Source of the DNA: Sulfurospirillaceae bacterium
Lineage (GTDB): Bacteria > Campylobacterota > Campylobacteria > Campylobacterales > Sulfurospirillaceae
DNA length: 64,000 nt
Assembly (NCBI GenBank): GCA_028693565.1
Contig: JAQUVE010000001.1
Span: forward strand, 10,905 to 74,904
Direction: 5' to 3'
The notes below the pieces were generated by a model. The model was not told the origin of the DNA and did no database searches. It worked only from the letters and a program-made list of their open reading frames with translations. The position numbers were made by a program, and so were the translations under genes. Position 1 is the first letter of the stretch, and the number at the start of each line of letters is the position of its first letter. Below, piece after piece: positions 32,089 through 42,886 of the stretch.

Positions 32089-33425
32089 TATTTAATAAAA
32101 TAGTTACCATCAAAACTAACCAAAGAATAGTTCATATTATTACCGATACTCTCTTTGAGTGCATCAATACTTAAAAAGGCTAAGGAGTCTGCTCCAATGT
32201 ATTCTCGTACCTCTTCAACGCTCTTATTAGCACTAATAAGCTCTTTATAACTAGGTGTATCAATACCATAAAGACATGGGTGCTCAATTGTAGGTGAGGC
32301 AATGCGCATATGTACCTCTGCTGCCCCTGCTCTTTTTAAAAGTTTCACAATTTGATGCGATGTCGTACCTCTTACAATACTATCATCGACAACTACAATC
32401 TTTTTACCATCTAATATTTTATGAATAGGAGAAAGTTTGAGTTTAACTTTGAGATCTCTTACCGCTTGTGTTGGTTCTATAAAAGTTCGCCCAACATAGT
32501 GATTTCGAACAATTGCCATCTCGAAAGGAATACCACTTTGTTGCGCATAGCCTAATGCTGCACTCACACCACTATCAGGAACAGGAATAACTAAATCAGC
32601 TTCAACGGGTGAGAGTTCTGCTAGTTTCATTCCCATATTTTTGCGAGTTGCATAAACATTTTTACCCTCTATAACACTGTCAGGACGCGCAAAATAGATA
32701 AACTCAAATGCACAGATATGTGGATCTGGTTCAAAAAGTTGAACGCTTTCAAACTCTTCTTTACCATGTTCAAAGATTACCATTTCACCAGGTCGTACGT
32801 CTCTAACAAACTCAGCATCAACCAAGTCAAGTGCACAAGTTTCACTTGCAACGATATAACCACCCTCTTTAAATTTGCCAATTGATAATGGGCGAACACC
32901 ATATTTATCTCTAACTGCAAACATTTTAGAGCGACTTTGTATCAAAAGACAATAAGCGCCTTTGATTACATTGAGCGCTTCGACAATTCTATCTTTAAGT
33001 TTTGATTCTTGGCTACGCGCAATTAAATGAATAATATTTTCGGTATCCATAGAAGATTGAAAAATAGCCCCTTGCTCAATGAGTTTACTTCTAACTTCGT
33101 GTTTATTAATTAAGTTACCATTATGAACAATAGAAATATCCCCTAACTTATAACTTGCAGCCACGGGTTGGGCATCTCGAACCGAATCACTTCCTGCAGT
33201 TGAATAGCGATTATGCCCAATTGCCATACTTCCATGTAAAAATGAAAGTTTTGCTTCATCAAAAACTTCTGTTACAAGGCCATTATCTTTAATTGTCCTA
33301 ATCTTTTTCCCATCACTTGAACTAATACCTGTTGCTTCTTGCCCACGATGCTGCATCGAAAAAAGAGCATAATATGCTATTTTGGAAGCATGCTTTACAT
33401 CAAAAATACCTACAATTGCACACAT
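32088..33425 (-). CDS. purF: Amidophosphoribosyltransferase
   Basis: N-terminal M-C Ntn nucleophile, QHRGQE, CAFEFIYFARPDS and VVVDDSIVRGTT. Confidence 0.98.
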   Translation of the reverse strand: MCAIVGIFDVKHASKIAYYALFSMQHRGQEATGISSSDGKKIRTIKDNGLVTEVFDEAKLSFLHGSMAIGHNRYSTAGSDSVRDAQPVAASYKLGDISIVHNGNLINKHEVRSKLIEQGAIFQSSMDTENIIHLIARSQESKLKDRIVEALNVIKGAYCLLIQSRSKMFAVRDKYGVRPLSIGKFKEGGYIVASETCALDLVDAEFVRDVRPGEMVIFEHGKEEFESVQLFEPDPHICAFEFIYFARPDSVIEGKNVYATRKNMGMKLAELSPVEADLVIPVPDSGVSAALGYAQQSGIPFEMAIVRNHYVGRTFIEPTQAVRDLKVKLKLSPIHKILDGKKIVVVDDSIVRGTTSHQIVKLLKRAGAAEVHMRIASPTIEHPCLYGIDTPSYKELISANKSVEEVREYIGADSLAFLSIDALKESIGNNMNYSLVSFDGNYFIK

Positions 33426-33439
33426 TAATTTGACCTTTT

Positions 33440-34207
33440 TTATAACCCTAAACAGTCGCTAATATTATAGAGACCATTTGGTTGATTAATAATCCACTTT
33501 GCTGCTTTAATAGCGCCCTTTGCAAATGTATCACGACTGGTTGCAGTATGATTCATTTCGATAAACTCACCGTCATTATAGAAACCTACCGTATGACGCC
33601 CTACAATATCGCCACCACGTAGTGCCATAATAGCAATTTCATCTTTACTGCGCTCACCAATTAAACCATTTCTGCCACTGACTCTTACATCATCAAGATT
33701 AAGACCACGCCCTTTTGCGGCATACTCACCTAGTGTTAATGCTGTTCCACTAGGAGCATCTTTTTTATAACGATGGTGTTGTTCAACAATCTCGATATCA
33801 AAATCACTTAAACTTTTTGAAGCAAGCTCCACTAAACGGTTAAGAACGGCAACACCCAAAGACATATTAGTTGAATATAAAATAGGCATATTATTGGCCG
33901 CTTCATTAAGGAGATTATGCTGATGCTCACTAAGTCCTGTTGTGCCAATAACCAATGGTGTAGGATTTTTTAAAGCATTTTCTAACAGAGCTTCTGTTCC
34001 CATGGCTATTGTAAAATCTATAACAACTTCACTCTTTCTCAATAATTCTTGTAAATCATCTGTTACAATAGCTTCTTTAGGTGTTATAAAATTAAAAGAT
34101 TCAATCGCGTGTAATATATGAGGTCTTGCTAATGCATCTTTTTGTAAGTTTTCAATTAAAAGTCTTCCAACACGACCAGTTGATCCATGAATGCCCACTT
34201 CTATCAT
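33440..34207 (-). CDS. dapB: 4-hydroxy-tetrahydrodipicolinate reductase
   Basis: GSTGRVG, VIGTTG and IVEQHHRYKKDAPSGTA motifs. Start trimmed to 34207. Confidence 0.97.
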   Translation of the reverse strand: MIEVGIHGSTGRVGRLLIENLQKDALARPHILHAIESFNFITPKEAIVTDDLQELLRKSEVVIDFTIAMGTEALLENALKNPTPLVIGTTGLSEHQHNLLNEAANNMPILYSTNMSLGVAVLNRLVELASKSLSDFDIEIVEQHHRYKKDAPSGTALTLGEYAAKGRGLNLDDVRVSGRNGLIGERSKDEIAIMALRGGDIVGRHTVGFYNDGEFIEMNHTATSRDTFAKGAIKAAKWIINQPNGLYNISDCLGL

Positions 34208-34220
34208 CTGCATTTCCTTT

Positions 34221-35156
34221 CTATCCATGATTCACATATTCTAAGGCTTGAATGCCTGCTGTTGCACCATCTCCCGCAGCACATACAACTTGCTTAGATG
34301 CTTGGATACGAAGGTCTCCTGCTGCGAAAAGTCCCTTAACAGACGTTCTCATTGAAAGATCCACCACAACATTACCGTTTTCATCTACATCGCACAAAAA
34401 ACTTCCATCTTCTTGTTTTAAAATAGAATTATTGACATTCATACCAACAAAAACAAATACACCTGGCACTGCAATATCTCTTTCTTTCCCATCTCCATCA
34501 ACTACAATTAATCCATTAAGACCCATTTTATCGCCATATGCTTTTTTGACTTTTGCATTTAAAACAAGTTCTATATTTGGTGTATTTTTAACACGTTCAA
34601 CCGTACTTGGACTGGCTCTAAAGGTATCTCTTCGGTGAACTAAATAGACTTTTGAACAAATATGTGAAAGGTAAAGCGCTTCTTCTAATGCGGTATCACC
34701 ACCACCAAGCGCAGCTACTTCTTTATTTTTATAAAAAAACCCATCACATGTTGCACATGTACTTACTCCTTTACCAAAAAACTCAGCTTCGCCTTCAAAA
34801 TTGGCACGTTTTGGGGTACTTCCTGTGCATACAATGACACTTTTTGCTTGTTCCATTTTACCACCGTTTAATGCGATTATAAAAGTACCATCTTCATTTT
34901 TAGTAACTCGCGTTACCTCTTCCATGGAATGTTTCATTCCAAAGCGCATACATTGTTCAGGCCAAGGCGCCATAAAATCTAACCCACTTAGAATTTCAGC
35001 ACTTCCTGGATAATTTTCAATCTCACTGCTACTGGTGATTTGTCCACCTGGCATGCCTTTTTCAAACATAACTACATTTTTTAATCCACCACGCGTTGCA
35101 TACAATCCTGCACTAAGTCCCGCAGGTCCTCCACCGATAATTGCTAAATCTAACAT
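34221..35156 (-). CDS. trxB: Thioredoxin reductase
   Basis: [22 protein letters not shown] and FAAGD motifs. Confidence 0.98.
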   Translation of the reverse strand: MLDLAIIGGGPAGLSAGLYATRGGLKNVVMFEKGMPGGQITSSSEIENYPGSAEILSGLDFMAPWPEQCMRFGMKHSMEEVTRVTKNEDGTFIIALNGGKMEQAKSVIVCTGSTPKRANFEGEAEFFGKGVSTCATCDGFFYKNKEVAALGGGDTALEEALYLSHICSKVYLVHRRDTFRASPSTVERVKNTPNIELVLNAKVKKAYGDKMGLNGLIVVDGDGKERDIAVPGVFVFVGMNVNNSILKQEDGSFLCDVDENGNVVVDLSMRTSVKGLFAAGDLRIQASKQVVCAAGDGATAGIQALEYVNHG

Positions 35157-35277
35157 GCTTATTCCTTGTAGTCTCTTTTACAATTGTACTAACTTTTATT
35201 TGACTTATTTTACCATTTTGCTCTTTAAGACTTTATGTAAGAATTTTGATAATTATAAACAAGAAGAGTTTGAGAGA

Positions 35278-35298
35278 AGGGGGAAATATATTCCCCTT
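35278..35298 (-). terminator. Putative terminator hairpin after trxA
   Basis: On minus: AGGGGAA-tatat-TTCCCC followed by a pyrimidine-rich tract. Confidence 0.55.
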
Positions 35299-35312
35299 AT
35301 TGATGCTCAGTA

Positions 35313-35630
35313 TTAAAGAAGTGAATTTATTTTATCTGCCAATACTTGTTTGGATGATGCGCCAATCATTTGGTCAACTAATTCACCATTCTTGAAAAAT
35401 AAAATTGTAGGAATTGAACGAATACCATACTTGATAGCAACATCTTGTTCTTCGTCGGTATTGACTTTACAAATCTTTGCTTTACCTTCAAAATCACCAG
35501 CCAACTCATCAATCACTGGAGCAATCATGCGACAAGGTCCACACCATGGCGCCCAAAAATCAACTAAAGCTACACCTTCGCTGACTGTACTATCAAAATT
35601 TGATGCCGTTAATTCTAAATACTTACCCAT
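35313..35630 (-). CDS. trxA: Thioredoxin
   Basis: DFWAPWCGPCR motif. Confidence 0.98.
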   Translation of the reverse strand: MGKYLELTASNFDSTVSEGVALVDFWAPWCGPCRMIAPVIDELAGDFEGKAKICKVNTDEEQDVAIKYGIRSIPTILFFKNGELVDQMIGASSKQVLADKINSLL

Positions 35631-35729
35631 TTTTTTCTCCTGTATTTTATCATTATCTATATTTTAAAGATGCATTAATTATACTCACTCTAACTTTAAA
35701 ATTACCATAGCAACCAAGGTTACTCTTAT

Positions 35730-36059
35730 TTAATAACTAATATTTTTTATGAACTCTATCTTTTCATCGGTCACTAAAATGGCGTCTATCTCATAGTCAC
35801 TATTTTCATGATGTCTCAGAAAATAATAACCAATGGTTTTAATAATTTTCGCCATTTTCAAAGGTGTGATTTGAATAAAAGGATCATACAATTTTGAGTA
35901 TTTTACTTCACAAAAATGTAGTACATTCTCTTTGCGTGCTATAATATCAATTTCACCAAATTTAGAATGAAAATTGCGTGAAAGTATCGTATAACCAGAT
36001 TCTTGCAGAAATAAAGAGGCTCTCTCTTCAGCCTCCCTACCAACTGCTGTTGTACTCAC
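35730..36059 (-). CDS. YraN (UPF0102) family protein
   Basis: GREAEERA..FL, RNFHSKFGEIDIIA, HFCEVK PD-(D/E)xK-like motifs. GTG start at 36059. Confidence 0.88.
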   Translation of the reverse strand: MSTTAVGREAEERASLFLQESGYTILSRNFHSKFGEIDIIARKENVLHFCEVKYSKLYDPFIQITPLKMAKIIKTIGYYFLRHHENSDYEIDAILVTDEKIEFIKNISY

Positions 36060-36061
36060 AT

Positions 36062-37333
36062 TTAACTCTCTATTCGTATCATTGCAGGGGCACACACAAC
36101 AAACTCTAATGCTTTAAGCTCTTTGAGTGCATTTTGGATATCTTTTTCTTTACATGTGTGTGTCGAGAAAAGTAGCACGGCACTATTTTCTTGTAATGCA
36201 TCTTGCTTTTGTAAGAAACTGCTAATTGAAATAGAATGTTTACCTAAAATTTCAGAAATCTTGGATAAAACACCAATTTTATCCGCAACTTTAACTCTAA
36301 TATAATATTTTGTTAAAATATCATCTGAAGCCATAAGGCTTAAGCTTCTGTTTTCTAGTGGTTTAATAAACCCTAACATTGGTGAATTTTGCGTATGCCG
36401 TGCGATATCTATCAAATCAGAGACCACAGCACTTGCCGTTGCACTTCCGCCAGCACCTGGCCCATAATACATTGTTTCACCAACACGATCACCGATAACG
36501 CTGATGCCATTCATAACGCCATCAACTTTTGCAATCATTTGAGAACTTGGTACAAGAGCAGGATGCACACGTAATTCAACTTGGTCTCCACTTTTCTTAG
36601 CTATTGTAAGCAATTTAATGTTATAGCCAAACTCTTTTGCAAAGTAGATATCTTCACTATTAATATTCTCAATACCTTCGATTAAAATCTCTTCAGGCTT
36701 TACATCTAATCCATAAGCAATACTGGCTAATATCAAAAGTTTATGTGCCGCATCAAAACCACCTACATCAAATGTTGGATCTGCTTCTGCATATCCTAAC
36801 GCCTGTGCCTCTTTAAGAACCGTTGCAAACTCAGCCTTTTCATTCATCATCTTTGTTAAGATGAAGTTACACGTGCCATTCATAATGCCTTTAATGGCTT
36901 CAATATGATTAGCACTAAGTCCTTCTCGAAGCGCTTTGATAATAGGAATTCCCCCTGCAACACTTGCTTCATAGCCAATAGGTGTATCCCCAGCCAAATC
37001 TTTGAGTTCATAACGATGATATGCTAACAACGCTTTATTTGCGGTCACAACAGCTTTGTTATTTTTAAGCGCTTTTGTTACGATTTTATATGCTTCATCG
37101 ACTCCGCCCATCAACTCTATCACAACATCAATTTCAGGATTATCCAATATATCATCAACATTGTCACTCAAAGCTATATTAACATCTCTTTTTTTGGTGA
37201 TATCTTTCACGACCCCCATAATAGGAACGATTTTTTTACCACTGCGTGCCGCTATAATATCTGCATTTTCTTGGAGTATTTTAACAACATTACTCCCAAC
37301 TGTTCCTACTCCAATAATCCCGACTTTTATCAT
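36062..37333 (-). CDS. hom: Homoserine dehydrogenase with ACT domain
   Basis: GVGTVG, TANKALLA, YEASVAGGIP and GPGAGGSATASAV, plus a C-terminal ACT domain. Confidence 0.97.
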   Translation of the reverse strand: MIKVGIIGVGTVGSNVVKILQENADIIAARSGKKIVPIMGVVKDITKKRDVNIALSDNVDDILDNPEIDVVIELMGGVDEAYKIVTKALKNNKAVVTANKALLAYHRYELKDLAGDTPIGYEASVAGGIPIIKALREGLSANHIEAIKGIMNGTCNFILTKMMNEKAEFATVLKEAQALGYAEADPTFDVGGFDAAHKLLILASIAYGLDVKPEEILIEGIENINSEDIYFAKEFGYNIKLLTIAKKSGDQVELRVHPALVPSSQMIAKVDGVMNGISVIGDRVGETMYYGPGAGGSATASAVVSDLIDIARHTQNSPMLGFIKPLENRSLSLMASDDILTKYYIRVKVADKIGVLSKISEILGKHSISISSFLQKQDALQENSAVLLFSTHTCKEKDIQNALKELKALEFVVCAPAMIRIES

Positions 37334-37338
37334 TGTTT

Positions 37339-38550
37339 CTAGCCTTCTAAACTCTTTAAATACTTTTTGATATTGCGTGCTGCTTGGCGAATGCGGTTTT
37401 CATTTTCAATCAATGCTATTCTGACATACCCCTCACCTGCTTCACCAAATCCAATGCCTGGGCTAACAGCCACTTTAGCTTCTGTCAAAAGTTGCTTTGC
37501 AAACTCCATGCTCCCTAAATGCTCAGCAACTTTAGGAATTTTTGCCCATACAAACATCGTTGATTGTGGTTTTTCCATCGGCCAACCAGCATTGACAAAA
37601 CTTTCTACTAATACATCTCGACGCTTTTTATAAGTAGCTCGAATTTCATCAACACACTCTTGTGGACCATCTAAAGCTATTGTAGAAGCCACTTGTATAG
37701 GGGTAAACATACCATAGTCAAACCAAGATTTTATTTTTTGAAGTGCACCCACTAATTTTTGATTACCAACAACAAAGCCTACACGCCAGCCTGCCATATT
37801 ATAACTTTTTGAGAGTGTGTAACACTCAACAGCCACATCTTTAGCACCTTTGACTTGAAAGATTGAAGGAGTTTCATAACCATCAAATGATAAATCAGCA
37901 TAAGCAATATCACTGATAATATAAAAACGCTCTTCTTTAGCATAGGCTACCAATTCTTCGTAAAAAGCAATATCTGTAGTCACACATGTAGGATTATGTG
38001 GAAAATTAACGACAACAAACTTAGGCTTTGGCGCTGATTCACGAAATACCTTTTTGAGCTTGATAAAAAATTGTTCTTTATCTAATTCGTATTTTTCATT
38101 ATAGTCAATACCAAATTTATGTACATTCCCACCCGCAATCATAAAAGCATACGCATGAATAGGATAAGCAGGATCGGGAACAACTGCTACATCACCAGGA
38201 TTCATAATCGCTTGAGCCAAGTGAACAAAGCCCTCTTTACTTCCCAAGGTTGCAACGGCTTCCGTATTTGGGTCAAGTTCGACGCCATATTTACGTAAAT
38301 ACCAATTACAAATTGCTAAACGCAACTTGTAAATACCTTTACTGACAGAATATCCGTGTGTACCATCTTTTTGGGCTGACTCTACAAGTTTATCTATAAT
38401 ATGTTGAGGTGTTCTTCCATCTGGATTTCCCATTGAAAAATCAATAATATCATCTCCTGAACGACGCGCCGCAAGTTTAATATCATTAATTTGGGCAAAA
38501 ACATAACTTGGTAGTCTCTCTATTGTATTAAATCGAATTTCATCAAACAT
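37339..38550 (-). CDS. PLP-dependent class I/II aminotransferase (AlaC / LL-DAP aminotransferase-like)
   Basis: NFPHNPT, DIAY and TLSKSYNMAGWRVG (PLP lysine) motifs. Confidence 0.9.
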   Translation of the reverse strand: MFDEIRFNTIERLPSYVFAQINDIKLAARRSGDDIIDFSMGNPDGRTPQHIIDKLVESAQKDGTHGYSVSKGIYKLRLAICNWYLRKYGVELDPNTEAVATLGSKEGFVHLAQAIMNPGDVAVVPDPAYPIHAYAFMIAGGNVHKFGIDYNEKYELDKEQFFIKLKKVFRESAPKPKFVVVNFPHNPTCVTTDIAFYEELVAYAKEERFYIISDIAYADLSFDGYETPSIFQVKGAKDVAVECYTLSKSYNMAGWRVGFVVGNQKLVGALQKIKSWFDYGMFTPIQVASTIALDGPQECVDEIRATYKKRRDVLVESFVNAGWPMEKPQSTMFVWAKIPKVAEHLGSMEFAKQLLTEAKVAVSPGIGFGEAGEGYVRIALIENENRIRQAARNIKKYLKSLEG

Positions 38551-38561
38551 TGCTGCTCCTT

Positions 38562-39380
38562 TTAATCTTTAGCTAAAACGGTTAATCCATGTTTTATATT
38601 TTCTAGCATAAAAGTATCACTGAGTTTAAGATAACTTGTTCCCTCAGGTACTTTTACTTTGAGATTTTTCATAGATTCAACCGATTTTATAGCATTTATA
38701 ACATGTAAATTTTCATCAAAAAACACAACATGCGGAAACCATTTATCTCCTGCGTGTGCACTTATAGTAATCTCTTTTAATCCTTTAGCACGCACCCAAT
38801 AAGGTTTGAGTGGTTTTCCAAGATTTGTACTTATACTTATTTCAAGTTCTTTTGCACTCAAGTAGGCATTTTCTGAATTGATATCATAAAACCAATAGTG
38901 GTTGTCATTGTTGATGACATTGTTAACACTGCAACCTCTCAGTTCTAAGGCTTTCGCAAAAGCAACTGGATCAACAATATGTTCTGTTTGTAAATAAATT
39001 TCCCACACAAATCCCGTACTATCACGCAAAGCATTGTTCGTTAAAAAATAGTTATACCCCATACTTTCTAATGTTTCATTGATAATTTTTAAAAAAATAA
39101 TTGGATCTTGCATTGTTCGAAAAGCTAATCGAAGGTGCACAGGATTATCATATAAAAGTTTTAAAAGACCATTTTGTTTAAGAACTGTAATGACTTTGAT
39201 ACTATCAATAGTACCATTGGCTTTAACAAATTCTTCACTCCGTGCGAATAATACATTTATAAGATTTTTTTGTGTTTCATACTTTGTGCCACCAATATAA
39301 CTTTTAATTTTTTCATCCAGTAAAGGATTGGCATATAATGTCAATGATAACCATACTATGAGTAAAAGTAACTTCACCAA
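38562..39380 (-). CDS. Conserved hypothetical periplasmic protein
   Basis: Cleavable signal peptide (..SLTLYA/NP). 272-aa ORF within the operon. Confidence 0.75.
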   Translation of the reverse strand: MVKLLLLIVWLSLTLYANPLLDEKIKSYIGGTKYETQKNLINVLFARSEEFVKANGTIDSIKVITVLKQNGLLKLLYDNPVHLRLAFRTMQDPIIFLKIINETLESMGYNYFLTNNALRDSTGFVWEIYLQTEHIVDPVAFAKALELRGCSVNNVINNDNHYWFYDINSENAYLSAKELEISISTNLGKPLKPYWVRAKGLKEITISAHAGDKWFPHVVFFDENLHVINAIKSVESMKNLKVKVPEGTSYLKLSDTFMLENIKHGLTVLAKD

Positions 39381-40327
39381 TTTTTACCTTTATTGAGTTG
39401 TATAAACGTCTCTTCAGAGATTTTTTTAATACTTCCATTCTCTACTAAAAAACGTGTTGATCCTTGTTCCGTAAAATCTTCAACACTACCATCATATGCT
39501 AAACGGAAATAACCATTACCTGTTTTTATCAATTGACTCTTAGTCAAATCAATGGTTGTGTTTTTTTCATCTGAAGTAATTTTTCGGCTAAAATTATCTA
39601 AAAAAATAGTGCCAACCCAAATCTTACGCGTAGGGATGATAACTGCTTCTGTTTTGACTACTTGATCCATTGTAGAAGTACTGTTTTTTTCTTCATTTAG
39701 AGGCAATAAACCTTGCGGTTTTGCGTTTGTCGTTTCAATACTGGCATTGCTTTCATTCATATCAATTTTTTGACTGGCATTAAAATCTATCGGAACAATA
39801 ACCGTTTCAACACTTATATTATTACTATTGCTACTATTATTTTCAACCACACGTTCTTCTACTTTAACACCTAAAGATTTTGCAGCTTCTTGAACAACAG
39901 GAACACTTTGGTAACCCGCAGCTACTTGCACATCTCTTTTGGTTTTGTTAATAAGTGTAGCAATATCAATATCTATCTTAAAAATTGAAAAAACTGCTAC
40001 GATACCCGAAATCAAAAAAATCAAAAAAATAAACTTTACAATGCGCTTATAAGAACGTTCACTCTTAGCTCGCACAAAAATCTTCTCTTTTTTGGCATCT
40101 TCTTCAGCTTTATTATCGTACCAATACTCGTAAAATCCTTCAAGCCAATCAGTTAAGTCAAGCTTATATTCGCGCGATATAATTTTAACAAAGCCAATCG
40201 TATTGATTTTATTTAGTTTATCATACTGATTATTGATCATATACTCAAGTTGTTTTACTTCAATATGCGTTCTTTTGCAAACTTCTTGCAAACCAATTTG
40301 TTTCAATACCTTAATATCATTATCCAT
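39374..40327 (-). CDS. RodZ-like membrane protein (N-terminal HTH, TM, low-complexity linker, C-terminal beta domain)
   Basis: LQEVCKRTHIEVKQLEYM..TIGFVKIISREYKLD resembles the RodZ HTH. Single TM follows. Start at 40327 overlaps the rlmB stop. Confidence 0.6.
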   Translation of the reverse strand: MDNDIKVLKQIGLQEVCKRTHIEVKQLEYMINNQYDKLNKINTIGFVKIISREYKLDLTDWLEGFYEYWYDNKAEEDAKKEKIFVRAKSERSYKRIVKFIFLIFLISGIVAVFSIFKIDIDIATLINKTKRDVQVAAGYQSVPVVQEAAKSLGVKVEERVVENNSSNSNNISVETVIVPIDFNASQKIDMNESNASIETTNAKPQGLLPLNEEKNSTSTMDQVVKTEAVIIPTRKIWVGTIFLDNFSRKITSDEKNTTIDLTKSQLIKTGNGYFRLAYDGSVEDFTEQGSTRFLVENGSIKKISEETFIQLNKGKNW

Positions 40328-41003
40328 TGGCAATCCTATCACAGAATATGGCAGCAGCAGCACTCACATTTAACGAATCAAATGGTCTTTCCATCTTAAT
40401 TGATACAATTTTATCTAAGCGTTCTTTGATTTTAGCGGGAATTCCACTTCCTTCACTTCCCATCATTAAGGCTTTTTTCGTTCCAAAGTCAACCTCTCGC
40501 ACATCAATTCCACCCATATCAGCACCAAATATACAAAAACCGACCTGCTTGAGTTCATTGAGCATATCAAGGGTTGAGGGATAAACCACAATCGGTAACT
40601 CAAACGCAGCAGCACTACTGGTTCGAAGAATTCCTTCAAGATTTACACTTTTAACACCACTTAGAATAATCCCATCCGCACCAAAAGCATAAGCACTTCT
40701 GATAATTGCACCGATATTACCAACATCCGTTACTTCATTAAGAATAATTAAGAACGTACCTTTTTTAACATCGTTAAAATCGGCTAATTCAATATCCGCA
40801 ATTTCTGCAATAAATCCTTGATGGTTTCCACCATGACAAAGTGCCTGTGCCTTTCTGTCATCAACACTGCATATTTTATTTGTCACTTTTGCGATTTGTG
40901 AAAAAAGTTTTGGATCGCATTTTTTGGACAAAAATACAGTTATTATCTTTTGAGGATAGTTTTTTAACAGATGTAAAAAAAGTTGTTTTCCATAAATAAT
41001 CAT
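40320..41003 (-). CDS. rlmB: 23S rRNA 2'-O-methyltransferase (TrmH/SpoU family)
   Basis: NHQG, DVGNIGAIIRSA, MGSEGSG and DSLNVSAAAAI SPOUT motifs. Confidence 0.9.
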   Translation of the reverse strand: MIIYGKQLFLHLLKNYPQKIITVFLSKKCDPKLFSQIAKVTNKICSVDDRKAQALCHGGNHQGFIAEIADIELADFNDVKKGTFLIILNEVTDVGNIGAIIRSAYAFGADGIILSGVKSVNLEGILRTSSAAAFELPIVVYPSTLDMLNELKQVGFCIFGADMGGIDVREVDFGTKKALMMGSEGSGIPAKIKERLDKIVSIKMERPFDSLNVSAAAAIFCDRIANG

Positions 41004-41084
41004 GGTAATTATTGTATCTAAAATGTCTTAAATTAACACTAGCTGTGCAAAAATTGATACCTTTTTAGTCTTACATGTAACGAA

Positions 41085-41897
41085 TTAGTTTTGAAGTTTG
41101 CTGTACCATTCTTTAACACTCAAACCTGTGAGTTTTGAAAGAAGTTTTGCTTTTTGTTTTGGGGGAAGATCGAGGCTTAAAATATCCTCTTTGGTGATAG
41201 CTTCACCAGCCATTTTTGGCTCTGGTTCAATCACAATAACCCATTCACCCTTAAGGTTGGTCTTAATGCTTAATTTTTGTAATTCAAAGGCTGTTGCTAA
41301 AAAACGTTTTTCATAACGCTTGGTCGCTTCTTTAATTGCAAATATTTTTCGTTCTGGTGCCAATTGCGCCAATTCTTCAAAAAGTTTTTCAATGCGATGC
41401 GGAGATTCATAGAGGATAGCGGTATAAGGTGTATTTAGCACTTCAAATAATTCATTTTGACGCTCCTGTCCCTTGTGAGATAAAAAGCCAAAGAATAAAA
41501 ACTGATGACATGCTATGCCACTGGTTACATAGGCCAATAATGCGGCATTTGCACCAGGCAAAACCTCATAAGCAAAACCATTTTCTTGGCAATAACGAAC
41601 CAATGTTGCTCCTGGGTCACTAATACCGGGCATCCCTGCATCACTTAAGTACGCAACAGTACCTTCAAAAAGTGTCTTATCAAGTGTTTCTAAAACAGCT
41701 TGTTCATTATGAGAATGCATAGAAATAAATTTTTTAATGTTGTGTTTTAGTCCGTGTCTTTGAGAAAGGAGAGAAAGGAGTTTTTTTGTAACACGCGTAT
41801 CTTCGCAAAAGAGCGTATCACATATAGCAAGAAGCTTTAAGCTTCTTGCTGAAATATCATCTAAATTTCCTATCGGTGTAGGAATAAAATATACCAA
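41085..41897 (-). CDS. rsmI: 16S rRNA (cytidine1402-2'-O)-methyltransferase
   Basis: PTPIGNLDDIS, CEDTRVT, SDAGMPGISDPG, YESPHR and KGEWV motifs. TTG start. Confidence 0.95.
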   Translation of the reverse strand: MVYFIPTPIGNLDDISARSLKLLAICDTLFCEDTRVTKKLLSLLSQRHGLKHNIKKFISMHSHNEQAVLETLDKTLFEGTVAYLSDAGMPGISDPGATLVRYCQENGFAYEVLPGANAALLAYVTSGIACHQFLFFGFLSHKGQERQNELFEVLNTPYTAILYESPHRIEKLFEELAQLAPERKIFAIKEATKRYEKRFLATAFELQKLSIKTNLKGEWVIVIEPEPKMAGEAITKEDILSLDLPPKQKAKLLSKLTGLSVKEWYSKLQN

Positions 41898-41914
41898 AGT
41901 GTTCTAAGATAAAA

Positions 41915-42115
41915 TTATTTTAAGCTATATTTTTTCTTAAACTTCTCAACACGACCCGCAGCATCAACAATCTTCTCACTGCCCGTGAAGAAAGGATGGC
42001 ATGAACTGCAAATGTCAATTCTTAATTCTGACTTGTTTGACATAGTTTCAAAACTATTGCCACAAGCACACGTTACGACGCACGCTACATATTCTGGATG
42101 AATATCTTTTTTCAT
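41915..42115 (-). CDS. rpmE: 50S ribosomal protein L31 (zinc-binding type)
   Basis: [23 protein letters not shown] and [10 protein letters not shown]. Start at 42115. Confidence 0.98.
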   Translation of the reverse strand: MKKDIHPEYVACVVTCACGNSFETMSNKSELRIDICSSCHPFFTGSEKIVDAAGRVEKFKKKYSLK

Positions 42116-42212
42116 ATCGTTTTTCCTTGTATTTATCATAAAAATAAAATGTATTATTGGCTCGTTGTACCAAAGGGTGCAAATTATAGCACAAAAGATT
42201 CATTATTTCAAG

Positions 42213-42881
42213 TCATGCGATGATTTTAGAAGTAACCACTACTACAGCTGTTTCGCTTCTTAATATCGTTGGACAATCCAAGCCAAAAACCTCTTTTTGT
42301 AAAAACATTTCGCGCTCTTTTGCACTAAATCCACCTTCAGGTCCTATCAATATCGAGGTAATACTGGTTTCATTCGTTAAAACATCTGCTGAAAAATCTA
42401 AAATGACACTGCTTGGATATAACTCTAAATAATTTTTTACATTTTTGAGTACTTCAATACGCATCAAATTACTTCTACCGCACTGTTGTGATGAATTAAT
42501 TAAAATACGTTTTAAACGTTCTTCATCAACTTTATACTGCTTTTGTGAAAAATCCGAAAATACAAAGCTAATCTTTTCAACCCCTAGTTCATTAAGCATA
42601 GGAAGGGTCTTTTCAATGCTTTTAGGATCAACGACACACCATCCTATATGTAAAGATTTTGAGGCAACTATCCTAGACTCTTGCTTGGCTACTTGCTCAA
42701 GGTGGGACTCTTTTTTATCAATACGTGTAATCGTGTATTCATAGAGATAATCGTCCTCTAAATTACGCCATGTTAAGGTATCTCCTATACTCACACGACG
42801 TACTTTAAAAAGATGAGCATATTCTTTGGTATCAACAATTAAGGGATTTTCTCCTGCATTGGGATGGTAAACAAACTGCAT
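42213..42881 (-). CDS. rsmE: 16S rRNA (uracil1498-N3)-methyltransferase
   Basis: HLFKVRR, ELGVEKI, QQCGRS and IGPEGGFS..ILRSETA motifs. Confidence 0.95.
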   Translation of the reverse strand: MQFVYHPNAGENPLIVDTKEYAHLFKVRRVSIGDTLTWRNLEDDYLYEYTITRIDKKESHLEQVAKQESRIVASKSLHIGWCVVDPKSIEKTLPMLNELGVEKISFVFSDFSQKQYKVDEERLKRILINSSQQCGRSNLMRIEVLKNVKNYLELYPSSVILDFSADVLTNETSITSILIGPEGGFSAKEREMFLQKEVFGLDCPTILRSETAVVVVTSKIIA

Positions 42882-42886
42882 CTTAT

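Noticed and set aside
35157-35312. Possible sRNA or riboswitch in the 156-bp trxA-trxB gap
   Set aside because: The gap is explained by a terminator hairpin plus promoter-like hexamers. No recognisable structured RNA motif.
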